Positions 1 to 9,695 of a stretch of 64,000 nucleotides of DNA are shown here, in pieces. The notes under the pieces are model-generated. The model did no database searches and had not been told where the DNA came from. It saw only the letters and a list, made by a program, of their open reading frames with translations. The position numbers and the translations under genes were made by a program. Every line of letters starts with the position of its first letter. Position 1 is the stretch's first letter. Source of the DNA: an uncultured virus (IMG/VR IMGVR_UViG_3300032282_004613). Lineage: Duplodnaviria; Heunggongvirae; Uroviricota; Caudoviricetes. The DNA lies in the IMG/VR virus record IMGVR_UViG_3300032282_004613. One strand, given 5' to 3'.

Positions 1-51
1 ACAAATGTCGGAAGTTAAGTAATACGAAGTTGTTAAGGGGTTGTTAAAGTG

Positions 52-423
52 TTAAAGGTCTTTTGTGCAAAATTTTCTTAATTTATACCTGAACTCATCG
101 TGCATACCATCTAGGTCATACACTTTTTTTGTTTCATCCACATTACCATCTTTATCTTCTGGATGGTAATACGCCACATCTACTTCAATCGTGTCGGTTA
201 ATTTATCTTCATCTGTCACCTCCAAGATATCCTGAACATCAAATCCTTTATATTCAAGATACTTAAATAATTTTTTACTACTTAACATGATTTCTTCTTT
301 GGTTGCAAACGGGTTATCATTACCTTCCTCCCATGTGTCATACCATTGGGTTATTGCCATATTTTTTAAACCATTTAAAGTCCAGTAGGATATGTCGGAT
401 AACGTATCGTTCATATCAGTCAT
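52..423 (-). CDS. hypothetical acidic protein (probable start MTDMND)
   Basis: ORF track; co-oriented with neighbours. Confidence 0.7.
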   Translation of the reverse strand: MTDMNDTLSDISYWTLNGLKNMAITQWYDTWEEGNDNPFATKEEIMLSSKKLFKYLEYKGFDVQDILEVTDEDKLTDTIEVDVAYYHPEDKDGNVDETKKVYDLDGMHDEFRYKLRKFCTKDL

Positions 424-482
424 CTTATAAATTTTAATCGGGTGCATTGTGCAAAGTTTATTTATTAAGTAATACGAAGTTG

Positions 483-1208
483 TTAAGGGGTTGTTAAGGT
501 TTCTTCTTTCTTCTTTTTTTCTTCTGCTATTTTGTCGAGTTTATCTTTACGATATTCATCATACATCTTGATAATCTCTTGGATATCTTTATCGCTACAA
601 TATGAATAATCCGTTTTTATCTGTTCAATGGCATCATCATAGTTCTCCTCATCATCATCCGTTGTAATACCATAATCTTCCCACAAACTTTCTATTTGCC
701 ACTCCAAGTAGCCCTCCCAGAAATAATCTTCATTATAAGTGTATTGTCCCTCACCAAAATCCAATGAATCGTGTATTACCCATTCTCCATCTATACACTT
801 ACCCTTGAAGTAAAAATCATTACCACCTTCTTCCGAATCCATTTCAACTTCAACACCATATTCTTTGGTGAAGTTTTCAATAAACTCTTTGGGTGGTGAC
901 CACGCAGTATCGAAGTGCGTGGTGAATCCAACCACCTCACCATCTTCCCATACATCTAAAGAATCCAAGAAGTCATCTTTACTAATGTCCCATTTAGTTC
1001 CGAACCTACCAAGATTATGGTCATACCAAGCACCACCATCATACTTGTCCCTATCTATATTCCCGAGTCCAATAAGTTCCTCGAAAACACCGACTCTTGT
1101 ATCTTTCTTATCTTCATCAAATTGGATTAAGTTTACTTTAGTAAGTATTAAATCTATAATCCCTTTCTTACCCGTAACAACGATTGAATTTGAACACCAA
1201 TTAGGCAT
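483..1208 (-). CDS. YubB/DUF1281 ferredoxin-like domain protein
   Basis: MPNWCxN start, GTKWD and FDTAWSPP motifs typical of the family. Confidence 0.75.
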   Translation of the reverse strand: MPNWCSNSIVVTGKKGIIDLILTKVNLIQFDEDKKDTRVGVFEELIGLGNIDRDKYDGGAWYDHNLGRFGTKWDISKDDFLDSLDVWEDGEVVGFTTHFDTAWSPPKEFIENFTKEYGVEVEMDSEEGGNDFYFKGKCIDGEWVIHDSLDFGEGQYTYNEDYFWEGYLEWQIESLWEDYGITTDDDEENYDDAIEQIKTDYSYCSDKDIQEIIKMYDEYRKDKLDKIAEEKKKKEETLTTP

Positions 1209-1255
1209 AGTAATAATTTTTATGAAGTTAAAAATAATTTATTAATGTAACAAAA

Positions 1256-1702
1256 CTATTCAGGATTTGTTACAGACATAAAATTCACCAATATATCTCT
1301 ACAAGAATCCGAGCAATAATCTTGGTTTAACATTTTTTGTGCATTAGAAAAGATATATGAATCATCCAGTAGTGCTTCCCATACCAGACCTGATATGTCA
1401 CGATAGTTTTCTCTGGCGTAATCATATAGATTCAGGTTCACGCCTTCTGGTACAAATAGCCCAGTATCGCCATAGTCACCAGCAATTACTATCTGGTCAC
1501 CAGCCCACGAACCCACTACTTGTTTATCGCTGGTCAAATCACCACCGCCCCTTCCGTTACCAGACGCCAGAAGGATAGATAGTCCAAGCATTGCACCATT
1601 ACCAGAACTTCCGAATTCCAGTAGTTTACTTCCATCATTAAAAGAATGTGGTTCGATAAATTCACCTTTGGTGATGTTTACCAGTTTGTAGTATTGTCCC
1701 AT
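1256..1702 (-). CDS. conserved phage hypothetical protein (MGQYY family)
   Basis: ORF track; MGQYY...GSWAGD.I...GDY motifs; TAGTTTTG promoter upstream. Confidence 0.75.
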   Translation of the reverse strand: MGQYYKLVNITKGEFIEPHSFNDGSKLLEFGSSGNGAMLGLSILLASGNGRGGGDLTSDKQVVGSWAGDQIVIAGDYGDTGLFVPEGVNLNLYDYARENYRDISGLVWEALLDDSYIFSNAQKMLNQDYCSDSCRDILVNFMSVTNPE

Positions 1703-1721
1703 AATTGTAAAGTTTATACAG

Positions 1722-1729
1722 CAAAACTA
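1722..1729 (-). promoter_or_regulatory. Bacteroidota sigmaA -7 element TAGTTTTG
   Basis: matches TAnnTTTG about 20 nt upstream of ATG 1702. Confidence 0.6.
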
Positions 1730-1760
1730 AAATTAATTATTGAAACCAAGAAAGTTGAAA

Positions 1761-1777
1761 TGTTAAAATGCTGTTAA
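1761..1777. promoter_or_regulatory. TGTTAA-N5-TGTTAA direct-repeat box
   Basis: 11-bp period repeat; copies at 31, 481, 2759, 3835 and inverted at 6887. Confidence 0.6.
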
Positions 1778-1781
1778 AACC

Positions 1782-1896
1782 AGACAGCCAGAATTCCTGC
1801 GGGACACCTGGGCTGGATCTGGTTCTAGATCTTTCCTGTGATCTGGTCTGGATCACCTGCGGATCTGGCGAGCCGGGCCGGCCGGGCCTGAACAGG
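1782..1896. repeat. GC-rich intergenic island with phased GATC sites
   Basis: GATC at 1816, 1828, 1840, 1851, 1862. Confidence 0.7.
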
Positions 1897-1900
1897 ACAT

Positions 1901-1930
1901 AAAAAAACCCCACCATTTCTGATGAGGTCT
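1901..1930 (-). terminator. intrinsic terminator
   Basis: ACCTCATCA-GAAA-TGGTGGGGT stem plus T7. Confidence 0.75.
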
Positions 1931-1952
1931 TTCTATTATGAACCACTAATGT

Positions 1953-2276
1953 TTAAGAATGTGCTAGTATATCATTTTGTATTCTTAATTGAATTTGATT
2001 TTGTTGATGTATTGTATAAGTATTGTTATTAATACTCTCGTAATATTTTTCACCCCAATATAACGCCCCCGATTTATCTTTACTATTCAAACATTTTAAA
2101 TAATTTGTTCTATATGTATCAATTTCACTTTGGTCGTAGTTTGGTCCATATGTAAAAAATATAATACACAATAAACATAACCCGGCGGAAAGACCACTTA
2201 CCGGTTGTTCGGAACCAAATGCCATTATTCCTGTGATTATAATAAAACAAAATAAAATTAATTTATATGTTTTCAT
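1953..2276 (-). CDS. small membrane protein (2 TM)
   Basis: two hydrophobic N-terminal segments. Confidence 0.7.
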   Translation of the reverse strand: MKTYKLILFCFIIITGIMAFGSEQPVSGLSAGLCLLCIIFFTYGPNYDQSEIDTYRTNYLKCLNSKDKSGALYWGEKYYESINNNTYTIHQQNQIQLRIQNDILAHS

Positions 2277-2314
2277 AATAGATTGTGTTCGGATTTTATC
2301 CCGTTCCTGATTTT

Positions 2315-2689
2315 TTATTTAATTTTATTTACAAATTCATTTCTTTTCTCAATCAAACCATTCAATGTTTTTTGTTTAGATAGATATTCTTGTTTCAAAT
2401 CATCTAATTCCTTTTTACTATAAAAACTATATCCTTTACTTGATTCATATCTACTTTTAGTAAGTTCAACGTCAATTTTGTAACGACTAATTTCACCATC
2501 CATTTCAGATATTTTATATTCATCTGATTGTAGATATTCTTCGTGTTCTTTGTTTGCTTGATATTGTTGGAAATTACTAATTCCTTTATTAATACCAATT
2601 AATGTTTGTCTATAAACATCACCCACAAAATAGAAAAGGAACAATACAATAATAACATTACCCCAAGAGAACACTAATAACTTTTTCAT
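2315..2689 (-). CDS. membrane-anchored coiled-coil protein
   Basis: N-terminal TM, helical C-terminus. Confidence 0.7.
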   Translation of the reverse strand: MKKLLVFSWGNVIIVLFLFYFVGDVYRQTLIGINKGISNFQQYQANKEHEEYLQSDEYKISEMDGEISRYKIDVELTKSRYESSKGYSFYSKKELDDLKQEYLSKQKTLNGLIEKRNEFVNKIK

Positions 2690-2815
2690 TTTAATTTTTT
2701 TAATGATTTATAATAGAATGCGAAGTTAAGAATAATTCTTGATACCAAGAAAATTAGTTGTTAAAACTTTGTTAAGTTCCTGGATCTGGATACCTCCCAG
2801 GGTACAACCAGGCAT

Positions 2816-2842
2816 AAAAAAACCCCTGGACGAATCCAGGGG
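2816..2842 (-). terminator. intrinsic terminator
   Basis: CCCCTGGA-TTCG-TCCAGGGG plus T-tract on minus strand. Confidence 0.8.
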
Positions 2843-2866
2843 CCTGACACCAGCAAAACGGAATAA

Positions 2867-3241
2867 CTAACCCATCATTCCTTTTATCTTATGGACATTG
2901 CTAACAACCTTCTGTCCTTTTACTTTATAGTTTTGATAACCGATAACGAATGAATCCGAATCCTTACCAATAAAGCAAAGACCTTCAACTTTCATACCAT
3001 CATAGTTTACCTTCAACTTACGCATAAAGTCGTTGAAAGATAACTCTAACTTTTTACCAATCTTATCTGTTTTAGGGATTGGTGCATTCTCGATTCTATA
3101 TGAAGTTCCGATTCGTGAGAATCTTAATCTGTAAACAGATTTGTTAGTATCCTTCACAATAGATTCATCTAAACATTGTCTCATTTCACTTAGCGACTTC
3201 TTTATAGATTCCGCAGTAGTTTTTCTTGGTTTTTGTACCAT
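2867..3241 (-). CDS. hypothetical basic protein
   Basis: ORF track; TACTTTTG promoter at ~3271-3278. Confidence 0.7.
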   Translation of the reverse strand: MVQKPRKTTAESIKKSLSEMRQCLDESIVKDTNKSVYRLRFSRIGTSYRIENAPIPKTDKIGKKLELSFNDFMRKLKVNYDGMKVEGLCFIGKDSDSFVIGYQNYKVKGQKVVSNVHKIKGMMG

Positions 3242-3387
3242 ATTATTTTTTTGTTTATGATTAAACATCACAAAAGTAACATATGTTGATAACTTTACAA
3301 AATAAATTTAGTTATCCACACCACTACTTAAACAAAAAAAAGGGATAGACGAATCTACCCCATTGGTTTTCAAGGACTTATATCTTA

Positions 3388-3783
3388 CTATTCACTAAAT
3401 TTCATTAAACATTTTTCATCAACGGCAACAATTACTTTGAATAAATCTGCTAAATGTGGGAACTCACACATTCTAATTGAATGGGTTTCTTCATCTTCAG
3501 TATCGTACACATTAATATAAACTTCAGGTTCGTGGTTCTCATCACGCTGACCTGAAACAGAATGAACTTCATAACAAGAACCAATAGTTAATTCACCTTC
3601 ATTAAAGGATACAGATATAGCGTCTGCTTCGTGAATTGATTGTAATACTTCAAGTAGGTTCAAGTCCTTTAAACTTTTAATTTTAGTTTTCTGTGATAAC
3701 ATCATAGAATAAACAACGCGTTCTGTTTCTCTACCTAAATGAACATACGCTTCAAAGATTTTTTCTGTTAATACTGCTGCCAT
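3388..3783 (-). CDS. hypothetical protein
   Basis: ORF track; terminator at 3334-3361 downstream. Confidence 0.75.
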   Translation of the reverse strand: MAAVLTEKIFEAYVHLGRETERVVYSMMLSQKTKIKSLKDLNLLEVLQSIHEADAISVSFNEGELTIGSCYEVHSVSGQRDENHEPEVYINVYDTEDEETHSIRMCEFPHLADLFKVIVAVDEKCLMKFSE

Positions 3784-3865
3784 GATTGATAAAATTTAGT
3801 AGGTTAATTAAGGATATAAAATTACGGAACTTTTTGTTAATGAGTTGTTAAATCTTTTTTTTATT

Positions 3866-4120
3866 TCAGGACTGGTAATACGAGCGAACCCTGAGCACCT
3901 GGTAATACAACTGGCTGGTGCCGCCAGGCAAAACGAGCCGCCTGGATCACCATTGGATCTGGGCCTGGTAATACAAACGCATCTGGGCCTGGAACCAGTC
4001 GATCCGCATCTTACCTGGATCACCAGCGGATCGAAACCAGGTAGTAATACGCTGCTGGGACTGCCAGGCAAAGTGAGCCGCAGTTAACTGCAACTGGGGA
4101 CTGCAGCACGGGTAATACAA
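3866..4120. repeat. GC-rich intergenic island with GTAATAC, CCWGG and GATC repeats
   Basis: 5 GTAATAC, 8 CCWGG and 5 GATC counted by eye; CTGGATCACC, ATCTGGGCCTGG and GCCAGGCAAA duplicated. Confidence 0.75.
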
Positions 4121-4183
4121 AAAAGTAACCCCCGTATTTCTACGAGGGTTGGGGGACTTGGGGGAATGAACAACAAACACAAT

Positions 4184-4558
4184 TTAGTAATTATTATATT
4201 GAGGTCGTCGTTGTGGGCGATACCCGTTATTATTGTTATTATATCTTGGTTGATAACCGCCACTATTATAAGCACCCGTGTTGCTATCATAATCTCTCTC
4301 CATTCTATCTTCAATGTTCGGTGCGGTATCAACCCAATCGCACGATTGGTATTGACCTTGTTCATTTTCTTGAATTAACTTTAATATCTCTTGTAGTTCT
4401 TCATCTACAATAACATATCTCTCGTTTTGAAAATTAACACGAGTAGCCATCTTGTTTGAGTTCTTGTCAAAGAAACGATATGTGCTTTCAACCATATCAA
4501 AGTTAATAAGGGTTGCTTTACCCGTTTGTGCATACGTCAATTTAATAGTAGTAGTCAT
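4184..4558 (-). CDS. hypothetical protein, N-terminus FlbD/SwrD-like; N/Y/R-rich tail
   Basis: IKLT...LINFDMVE...VDEELQEI pattern. Confidence 0.6.
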   Translation of the reverse strand: MTTTIKLTYAQTGKATLINFDMVESTYRFFDKNSNKMATRVNFQNERYVIVDEELQEILKLIQENEQGQYQSCDWVDTAPNIEDRMERDYDSNTGAYNSGGYQPRYNNNNNGYRPQRRPQYNNY

Positions 4559-4583
4559 AACTTACATTTTAATTATTAATATA

Positions 4584-4796
4584 TTATTGTTCTGCAAAGA
4601 TAACCATTGTTTGTGCATATTCGGACTTTATTATTGTGTCCACGTGTTGAGTACCACGAAATCTATTTTGGTGGTGTTCTTCTGCGATTGTATGACTACC
4701 AACGGGTTGCCATCCATCATTAATATGCTCACTAATTTTTGTGTTCAATCCTTCGGGTGATGAAGAATAAATAACTTTTTGTTGCTTGATTGTCAT
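4584..4796 (-). CDS. DUF1737-like small protein
   Basis: L.TKI..HI.DGWQPVGS...YAQTMV motif. Confidence 0.65.
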   Translation of the reverse strand: MTIKQQKVIYSSSPEGLNTKISEHINDGWQPVGSHTIAEEHHQNRFRGTQHVDTIIKSEYAQTMVIFAEQ

Positions 4797-4923
4797 ACGA
4801 ATTTAATTAAAGATTAACCAATATAAAATAATAAAGAAAATTGTTCCTTTGATAAAGTCGATTATAAATTGTTTCATTGTGCAAAGTTAAGGTTTTTTAT
4901 TGTGCGAAATTAAGAATTTTTTA

Positions 4924-5184
4924 TTAATGCCACAAATATTTTTTTAATTCAATTTTAGATTCGATCCACTGCATAACTTGGTCTGCCCAATAACTGCTCG
5001 TTAGTTCGTGTAAGTAGTTATTGATTTGTGTATCACAACCTTGTTGGTCTGCGTTAAAATCACTCTCCATTACAACTTTTTTTGAATTCCAATCTAATGC
5101 TTGGATTCGTATTACGCTGCTGGTGATAGTTAATTTGATTCTGCCGCCTATGGCGTACTCGCCAATGTTAAATGTCTTTGTCAT
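4924..5184 (-). CDS. hypothetical protein
   Basis: ORF track. Confidence 0.7.
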   Translation of the reverse strand: MTKTFNIGEYAIGGRIKLTITSSVIRIQALDWNSKKVVMESDFNADQQGCDTQINNYLHELTSSYWADQVMQWIESKIELKKYLWH

Positions 5185-5369
5185 ACTAATTGGTTTTTAA
5201 GCGTTGTTTAATTACATTATAAGCGTTGTTTACTGCCGCTATATCATTCTCGCGGCGTAATACCTTGCGTTTCTTTCTTGCTGCACTTTCTTTTTTAAGT
5301 GCGGCTAATAATTGGGGTGTTATATAAAAGCGTGTCATACCACAAAGTTATTTAAGTATTTGTTAAGAA

Positions 5370-6152
5370 TTAGTTAATCATTTCTTTTTTGGCTCTACGA
5401 GTATACCCTTTCTTCTCAAAAGCATCAATCCATTTAAGCATCACTTGGCTATACCCTTTACCGCATCTTTGCATCCTATAATGGCCGTTTACCATAAAGC
5501 CAGTAATACGGATGCTCTCAATGTTCCAACTTGTATCAACCATTGTTATTGGTGTATTACTTTCGTTCTTTATCTTACCATTCTTCCTTGTACCATATGA
5601 GCCGTTCCCTTGTATTACCCTTGTTTCAATATCGGATAGTTCGGTATAAACAAGCATACGCAAAAATGAATATAGGGATATTGTTAGCAAAGAATTAACT
5701 TGATTGGTATATTCTTCATCAACCATTATCTTCTTATCCGAATAATGAATTGAGCCGGTATTGGTATCAATACCAAAGCCGTTCCACAATACGCGTTCAT
5801 CTTTAAGATTAATATTAAAGATAAGCCCAACAATTAAATCGTCTTGTTTAGTATATCTAACGCAACAATTCGCGTTTACAAAATAGGTGTCCTTTCTATT
5901 GGGTAATGGGTGCAATAAACGAAAATCAAAATCTTCGCCAACTTTAACCTTTGCAATTTGGTTAAACACATTCTCACTAAATATTAATCGCCTAACATTA
6001 TTAGGGTTGATATTAACCCTTTGTAAATCTAATATGCGTCTGCTTACGCCTTCGGGTTTTAATTCCTCTAACTTGGTGTAACTATCTATAACGGATTGCA
6101 CTGCCTCGCTTTTCTCAATTATGAGGCCTAAATTTGTCTGCTTAATTTTCAT
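5370..6152 (-). CDS. conserved phage protein (probable start MKIKQ)
   Basis: C-terminal VNGHYRMQRCG..WIDAFEKKG motif. Confidence 0.75.
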   Translation of the reverse strand: MKIKQTNLGLIIEKSEAVQSVIDSYTKLEELKPEGVSRRILDLQRVNINPNNVRRLIFSENVFNQIAKVKVGEDFDFRLLHPLPNRKDTYFVNANCCVRYTKQDDLIVGLIFNINLKDERVLWNGFGIDTNTGSIHYSDKKIMVDEEYTNQVNSLLTISLYSFLRMLVYTELSDIETRVIQGNGSYGTRKNGKIKNESNTPITMVDTSWNIESIRITGFMVNGHYRMQRCGKGYSQVMLKWIDAFEKKGYTRRAKKEMIN

Positions 6153-6214
6153 ACGATAAAAGTATTGATATAAAATAATAAAGGGCAAGGGATTGCTCCC
6201 TCGCCCTTTTAGGA

Positions 6215-6817
6215 CTATGCTACTATACTAATCACTTCGCCATTGATTGCTATCTCTCTAATGCTCTCAATTTTGAAATTTCGGTACACTACTTGGTTAT
6301 CTCCTGTCAATCCTGCACTAACTTGCTTACTGCTTGTCTTATCCCTTAATAAAGGTTTAATAACTTCCATAGGCACTTCCTTAAATTCACTATCATAGTA
6401 GGTAGTTTCAAAAACTTGCTTACCACTAACAAAGTAGATTGCTATATACCATCTGCGTTCATTCAAAGGTAAATTTTCATCTGCTTTGTGAAATCCTAAT
6501 GTAGTCAATTTACCATTTTCATTGTAGTATCTTTTCATCCACAAATGTTCCTCGTGTTGAAAATCGGTAGGGTTTAATCCCTCTCGTTCCATACGATTGG
6601 TAATTGCTTTAACATAATCAACATTTGTCATTCCGTTTAGTCGCATATACTTATACAACTTGCCACCGAATTGGTCAAATGTTTTTTTGCCACCTACTAA
6701 ATCAGTTACTTCATTAAAGAACTTTATTGCTCCGAATGGGTGTCCTTCAATACCCATTAATTTACTAACCAACTCCGTTGGTGTAAATTCTAACGCGGTT
6801 TTTGTTTTGTTGTTCAT
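6215..6817 (-). CDS. hypothetical protein
   Basis: ORF track; TATCTTTG promoter at 6822-6829; terminator at 6179-6209. Confidence 0.8.
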   Translation of the reverse strand: MNNKTKTALEFTPTELVSKLMGIEGHPFGAIKFFNEVTDLVGGKKTFDQFGGKLYKYMRLNGMTNVDYVKAITNRMEREGLNPTDFQHEEHLWMKRYYNENGKLTTLGFHKADENLPLNERRWYIAIYFVSGKQVFETTYYDSEFKEVPMEVIKPLLRDKTSSKQVSAGLTGDNQVVYRNFKIESIREIAINGEVISIVA

Positions 6818-6919
6818 ACAACAAAGATAGGGTTTTTTTTAATACTAAAACTTTTTTTTTGGTTTCAAGGATATTTTTTTAATGTTTTAACAAAGCATTA
6901 ACATACTAACATTTTTAGC

Positions 6920-7120
6920 AAAGGTGTTGGGGGTAGGGATCATAGTAGGGGTATGCCACCCCTCCCCCCCGTACCCCCTCCGGTATCCCCCCTTAAATAA
7001 GGGGTTTTTCGCTTGTCTCAGGAGGGGGGACAATACCTTAACAGAAATTTTTCCGGAAAAAATCCAAAAAACCGACTTTTTCCCCATTTTCTAAAAAAAA
7101 ATTTTTGGGAAATTTTTCTG
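6920..7120. other. G/C-tract and A/T-tract element at the transcription divergence point
   Basis: C4-C7 and G4-G7 runs followed by A/T homopolymers; non-coding. Confidence 0.6.
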
Positions 7121-7134
7121 AATATTTATAATAC

Positions 7135-7827
7135 ATGAACTTACACGAACAAACATATCGCATTAAACAGATGATGGGCCTCATTGTTGAGGATCAAAAC
7201 AACTACGAAAACAAACCTATTGTTTTTGTTGGTTCTGCTGGTGCTGGTAAATCAACAACCGCTCAAGCAGTATCTAAACAATTGGGTATACCATATATTG
7301 ATGTTGATGCTATGGAGGGTAGCGAGGAGTTTGAAAGGGCCTGTGCTGGTGATGGTATTGTTGTAAATATTAAAAGGGTTAATGGTCATAATTACGGACC
7401 ACAAAATTTAAAAAATATTCCTGAAAATGAATGGGCGCAAGTACAAGATCAATACAAAAGATGTGTTCTTACCAAGATATTACAAAAGTATGGTAATATG
7501 AAAGTCGTTATAGATATTGGTGGGGATAGTATTAAGAATTCTGATTTACTTGATGGAATATCTAATCTATTTGTTTTTGGTGTTCCGTCGTCTCCAGATG
7601 AGGATGTACCATATATTGAATTCTTAAGAAAAAGTAGAGAAGATAGAGCAAAAAAAATGGGACAATCTGGATTGGAGAGCGGAATAAATAACGACGATAT
7701 ACAGCAATCCATTAATAACATTAGAGAATATTATAGGGGTAAACAGAATATAGGTGTATTTGACGAAAATGGAAGAAGAAAAACTACTGAGGAATTAGTT
7801 GGTGAGATAATGGTTAAACTCACATAA
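7135..7827 (+). CDS. P-loop kinase (shikimate-kinase-like) with LxEQxxRIKQMM leader
   Basis: GSAGAGKST Walker A, YIDVD, VIDIGG. Confidence 0.75.
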   Translation: MNLHEQTYRIKQMMGLIVEDQNNYENKPIVFVGSAGAGKSTTAQAVSKQLGIPYIDVDAMEGSEEFERACAGDGIVVNIKRVNGHNYGPQNLKNIPENEWAQVQDQYKRCVLTKILQKYGNMKVVIDIGGDSIKNSDLLDGISNLFVFGVPSSPDEDVPYIEFLRKSREDRAKKMGQSGLESGINNDDIQQSINNIREYYRGKQNIGVFDENGRRKTTEELVGEIMVKLT

Positions 7828-7850
7828 TTTTCGGGGGATATTTATATAGT

Positions 7851-9152
7851 ATGGAAAAAAGATTAATAATAACAGAATCCGAAAGGAAAAAAATTCGTGG
7901 TTTATATTCAAAACCACTAATAATGGAAGATGAGATGCACGATGAGGTTGAGAAAATGATAGATGGTGAGGTTATTGACAGAGATATTGTTAAATTACCG
8001 CCTAATGATTTATTTGATCCTAACGTGTATGGTTCTTATCACTACTATGAATTGGTTCGTTATAAATTATTTAAGGATGGTATGTCTGGTGATGACCATG
8101 GTTCAGCATATTATAGAATAACCGATCCTAAAATTGTTGAGTCAATTAAGAATGCAAAATTCAATAAAGGTAGTGGCAGTCCAATAAGATTCGGTCATTG
8201 GCACTTTAGTAAAGACAACCCTGGAATGATTGAATTATTAGCAGATGGTACAAGTCCTAAACGTACTGGGATGTTAGGTAAGGTTAAAGATTTTTTCAGT
8301 GACGGACCTTCCTCAGTTGTTGGTCTATTACCAATTCCAAAGGGTGTTATGAATGTTGGAATGCTTCAAGCAGGTTTATTTTGGTTTTGGGATAAAACAT
8401 TCACAAACATATTTTTTGAATTCAAATTAGCGCATGACCAAAATGATGCGTATGTTAAGTTGATGAAGGAAGTTATTAAAGACATTCCTGAACCAGATCC
8501 AAAACTTAAACCAAAAGTAACTGCTAGTCAACAACCCACAACTGATACAGATCAATTAAACGAAGAACTATCTCGCATCAAAGAGGTGATGGGTAAATTA
8601 ATTAACGAAAGACAAAAACACAAGTACACAGAAGCGGAAGTCGATGAGTCAGAGGGCGTTGAGTCAGAATATGTTCTAGATATCTCTGATTTGGAATTCG
8701 ATGAAACAAATCAAGATCTAGTTGATATGGGCGAAGAGCCGATTACACCTGAGGAAGCGAATGCACTTGTTTCATGTCCAGATGATGAAGAGGAAACAAT
8801 TCCTGCAGAGCACCAATCAACTTGGCAGAAACTAAAAACCGCAATTAATTCTACAAATGATAGAGACGCACTTAAAACTGCGTTCAAACAAGTCAGGACT
8901 GCAATGAAAGCCAAAAAGAGCGAACAGAATGAACAAGCGCTAGCAGCAGCATTAGCGGCTGAAACGGTGACAGTATTGGGTATCCCTATTGCAACCTTTG
9001 CTTTTGGTCTTATTGGTGGATTGGTATTGTTAACAATTCTTGGACGTTTACTTAAACGAATAATAAAAGGCCCAGAACCAGGCGAAAGAGGAAGAAATTG
9101 TAGACAGGACGATAGACGATATAGAAGATTGATGAACAGAAAGTATTATTAA
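7851..9152 (+). CDS. putative virion protein with two leader motifs and a C-terminal TM
   Basis: LIITESE start, internal LNEELSRIKEVM; C-terminal half similar to 21555-22094. Confidence 0.75.
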   Translation: MEKRLIITESERKKIRGLYSKPLIMEDEMHDEVEKMIDGEVIDRDIVKLPPNDLFDPNVYGSYHYYELVRYKLFKDGMSGDDHGSAYYRITDPKIVESIKNAKFNKGSGSPIRFGHWHFSKDNPGMIELLADGTSPKRTGMLGKVKDFFSDGPSSVVGLLPIPKGVMNVGMLQAGLFWFWDKTFTNIFFEFKLAHDQNDAYVKLMKEVIKDIPEPDPKLKPKVTASQQPTTDTDQLNEELSRIKEVMGKLINERQKHKYTEAEVDESEGVESEYVLDISDLEFDETNQDLVDMGEEPITPEEANALVSCPDDEEETIPAEHQSTWQKLKTAINSTNDRDALKTAFKQVRTAMKAKKSEQNEQALAAALAAETVTVLGIPIATFAFGLIGGLVLLTILGRLLKRIIKGPEPGERGRNCRQDDRRYRRLMNRKYY

Positions 9153-9200
9153 CATATAAACCCTCCACAACAGGAGGGTTTTTTGTTATATTTATATACT

Positions 9201-9662
9201 ATGAAACTTATTATAACAGAATCCCAATTAAAAAGGTTAATGAACGAAAACGACGGAGCACCCGAAGAGGACCCGTTTGACATGAACACCTACAATAAAA
9301 GAATGCTCGGAGACAATATCATTAACATGTTCGTTGGCGCACTAGAAGGTGGTTCCAACTACTGGTATCATCTTAGGAATGTGCCAACTGAAGTAAAACA
9401 AATAATGAAGCAAGAAAACTTAGCATTCTCTGAAGCAATCGGACAATACATCCTGGATGGTGGACGTGTTTTTTTCTATGACGCAGAAGATCGCGAAGAA
9501 GTATTGGGGTATGTGGATATGGACAAAATAACGAAAGCATTAGATATTATCAAGAATGAATACCCAGATGTGTATGAAGCCATTGTGGAAGAACAAGGTG
9601 ATGCGGGTACCGATGATATATTCTTGCAGATTGCGGTTATGGGTGAGATTGTGTTTGGGTAA
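9201..9662 (+). CDS. hypothetical protein with MKLIITESQ leader
   Basis: ATG 9201 follows TATTTATA 9189-9196. Confidence 0.75.
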   Translation: MKLIITESQLKRLMNENDGAPEEDPFDMNTYNKRMLGDNIINMFVGALEGGSNYWYHLRNVPTEVKQIMKQENLAFSEAIGQYILDGGRVFFYDAEDREEVLGYVDMDKITKALDIIKNEYPDVYEAIVEEQGDAGTDDIFLQIAVMGEIVFG

Positions 9663-9695
9663 TAATAGATATTTATAATAACAATTAAAACAAAA

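Noticed and set aside
3866..4120. CRISPR array
   Set aside because: The repeats are only 7-12 bp and irregularly spaced, and no cas genes are visible.
1737..4180. ORFs 1737-1946, 3808-4071, 3845-4087 and 3947-4180
   Set aside because: They span GC-rich repeat islands and terminators, have atypical composition and probably arise from stop-codon depletion.
6887..7087. 66-aa ORF over the G/C-tract element
   Set aside because: Low-complexity translation with no start context.
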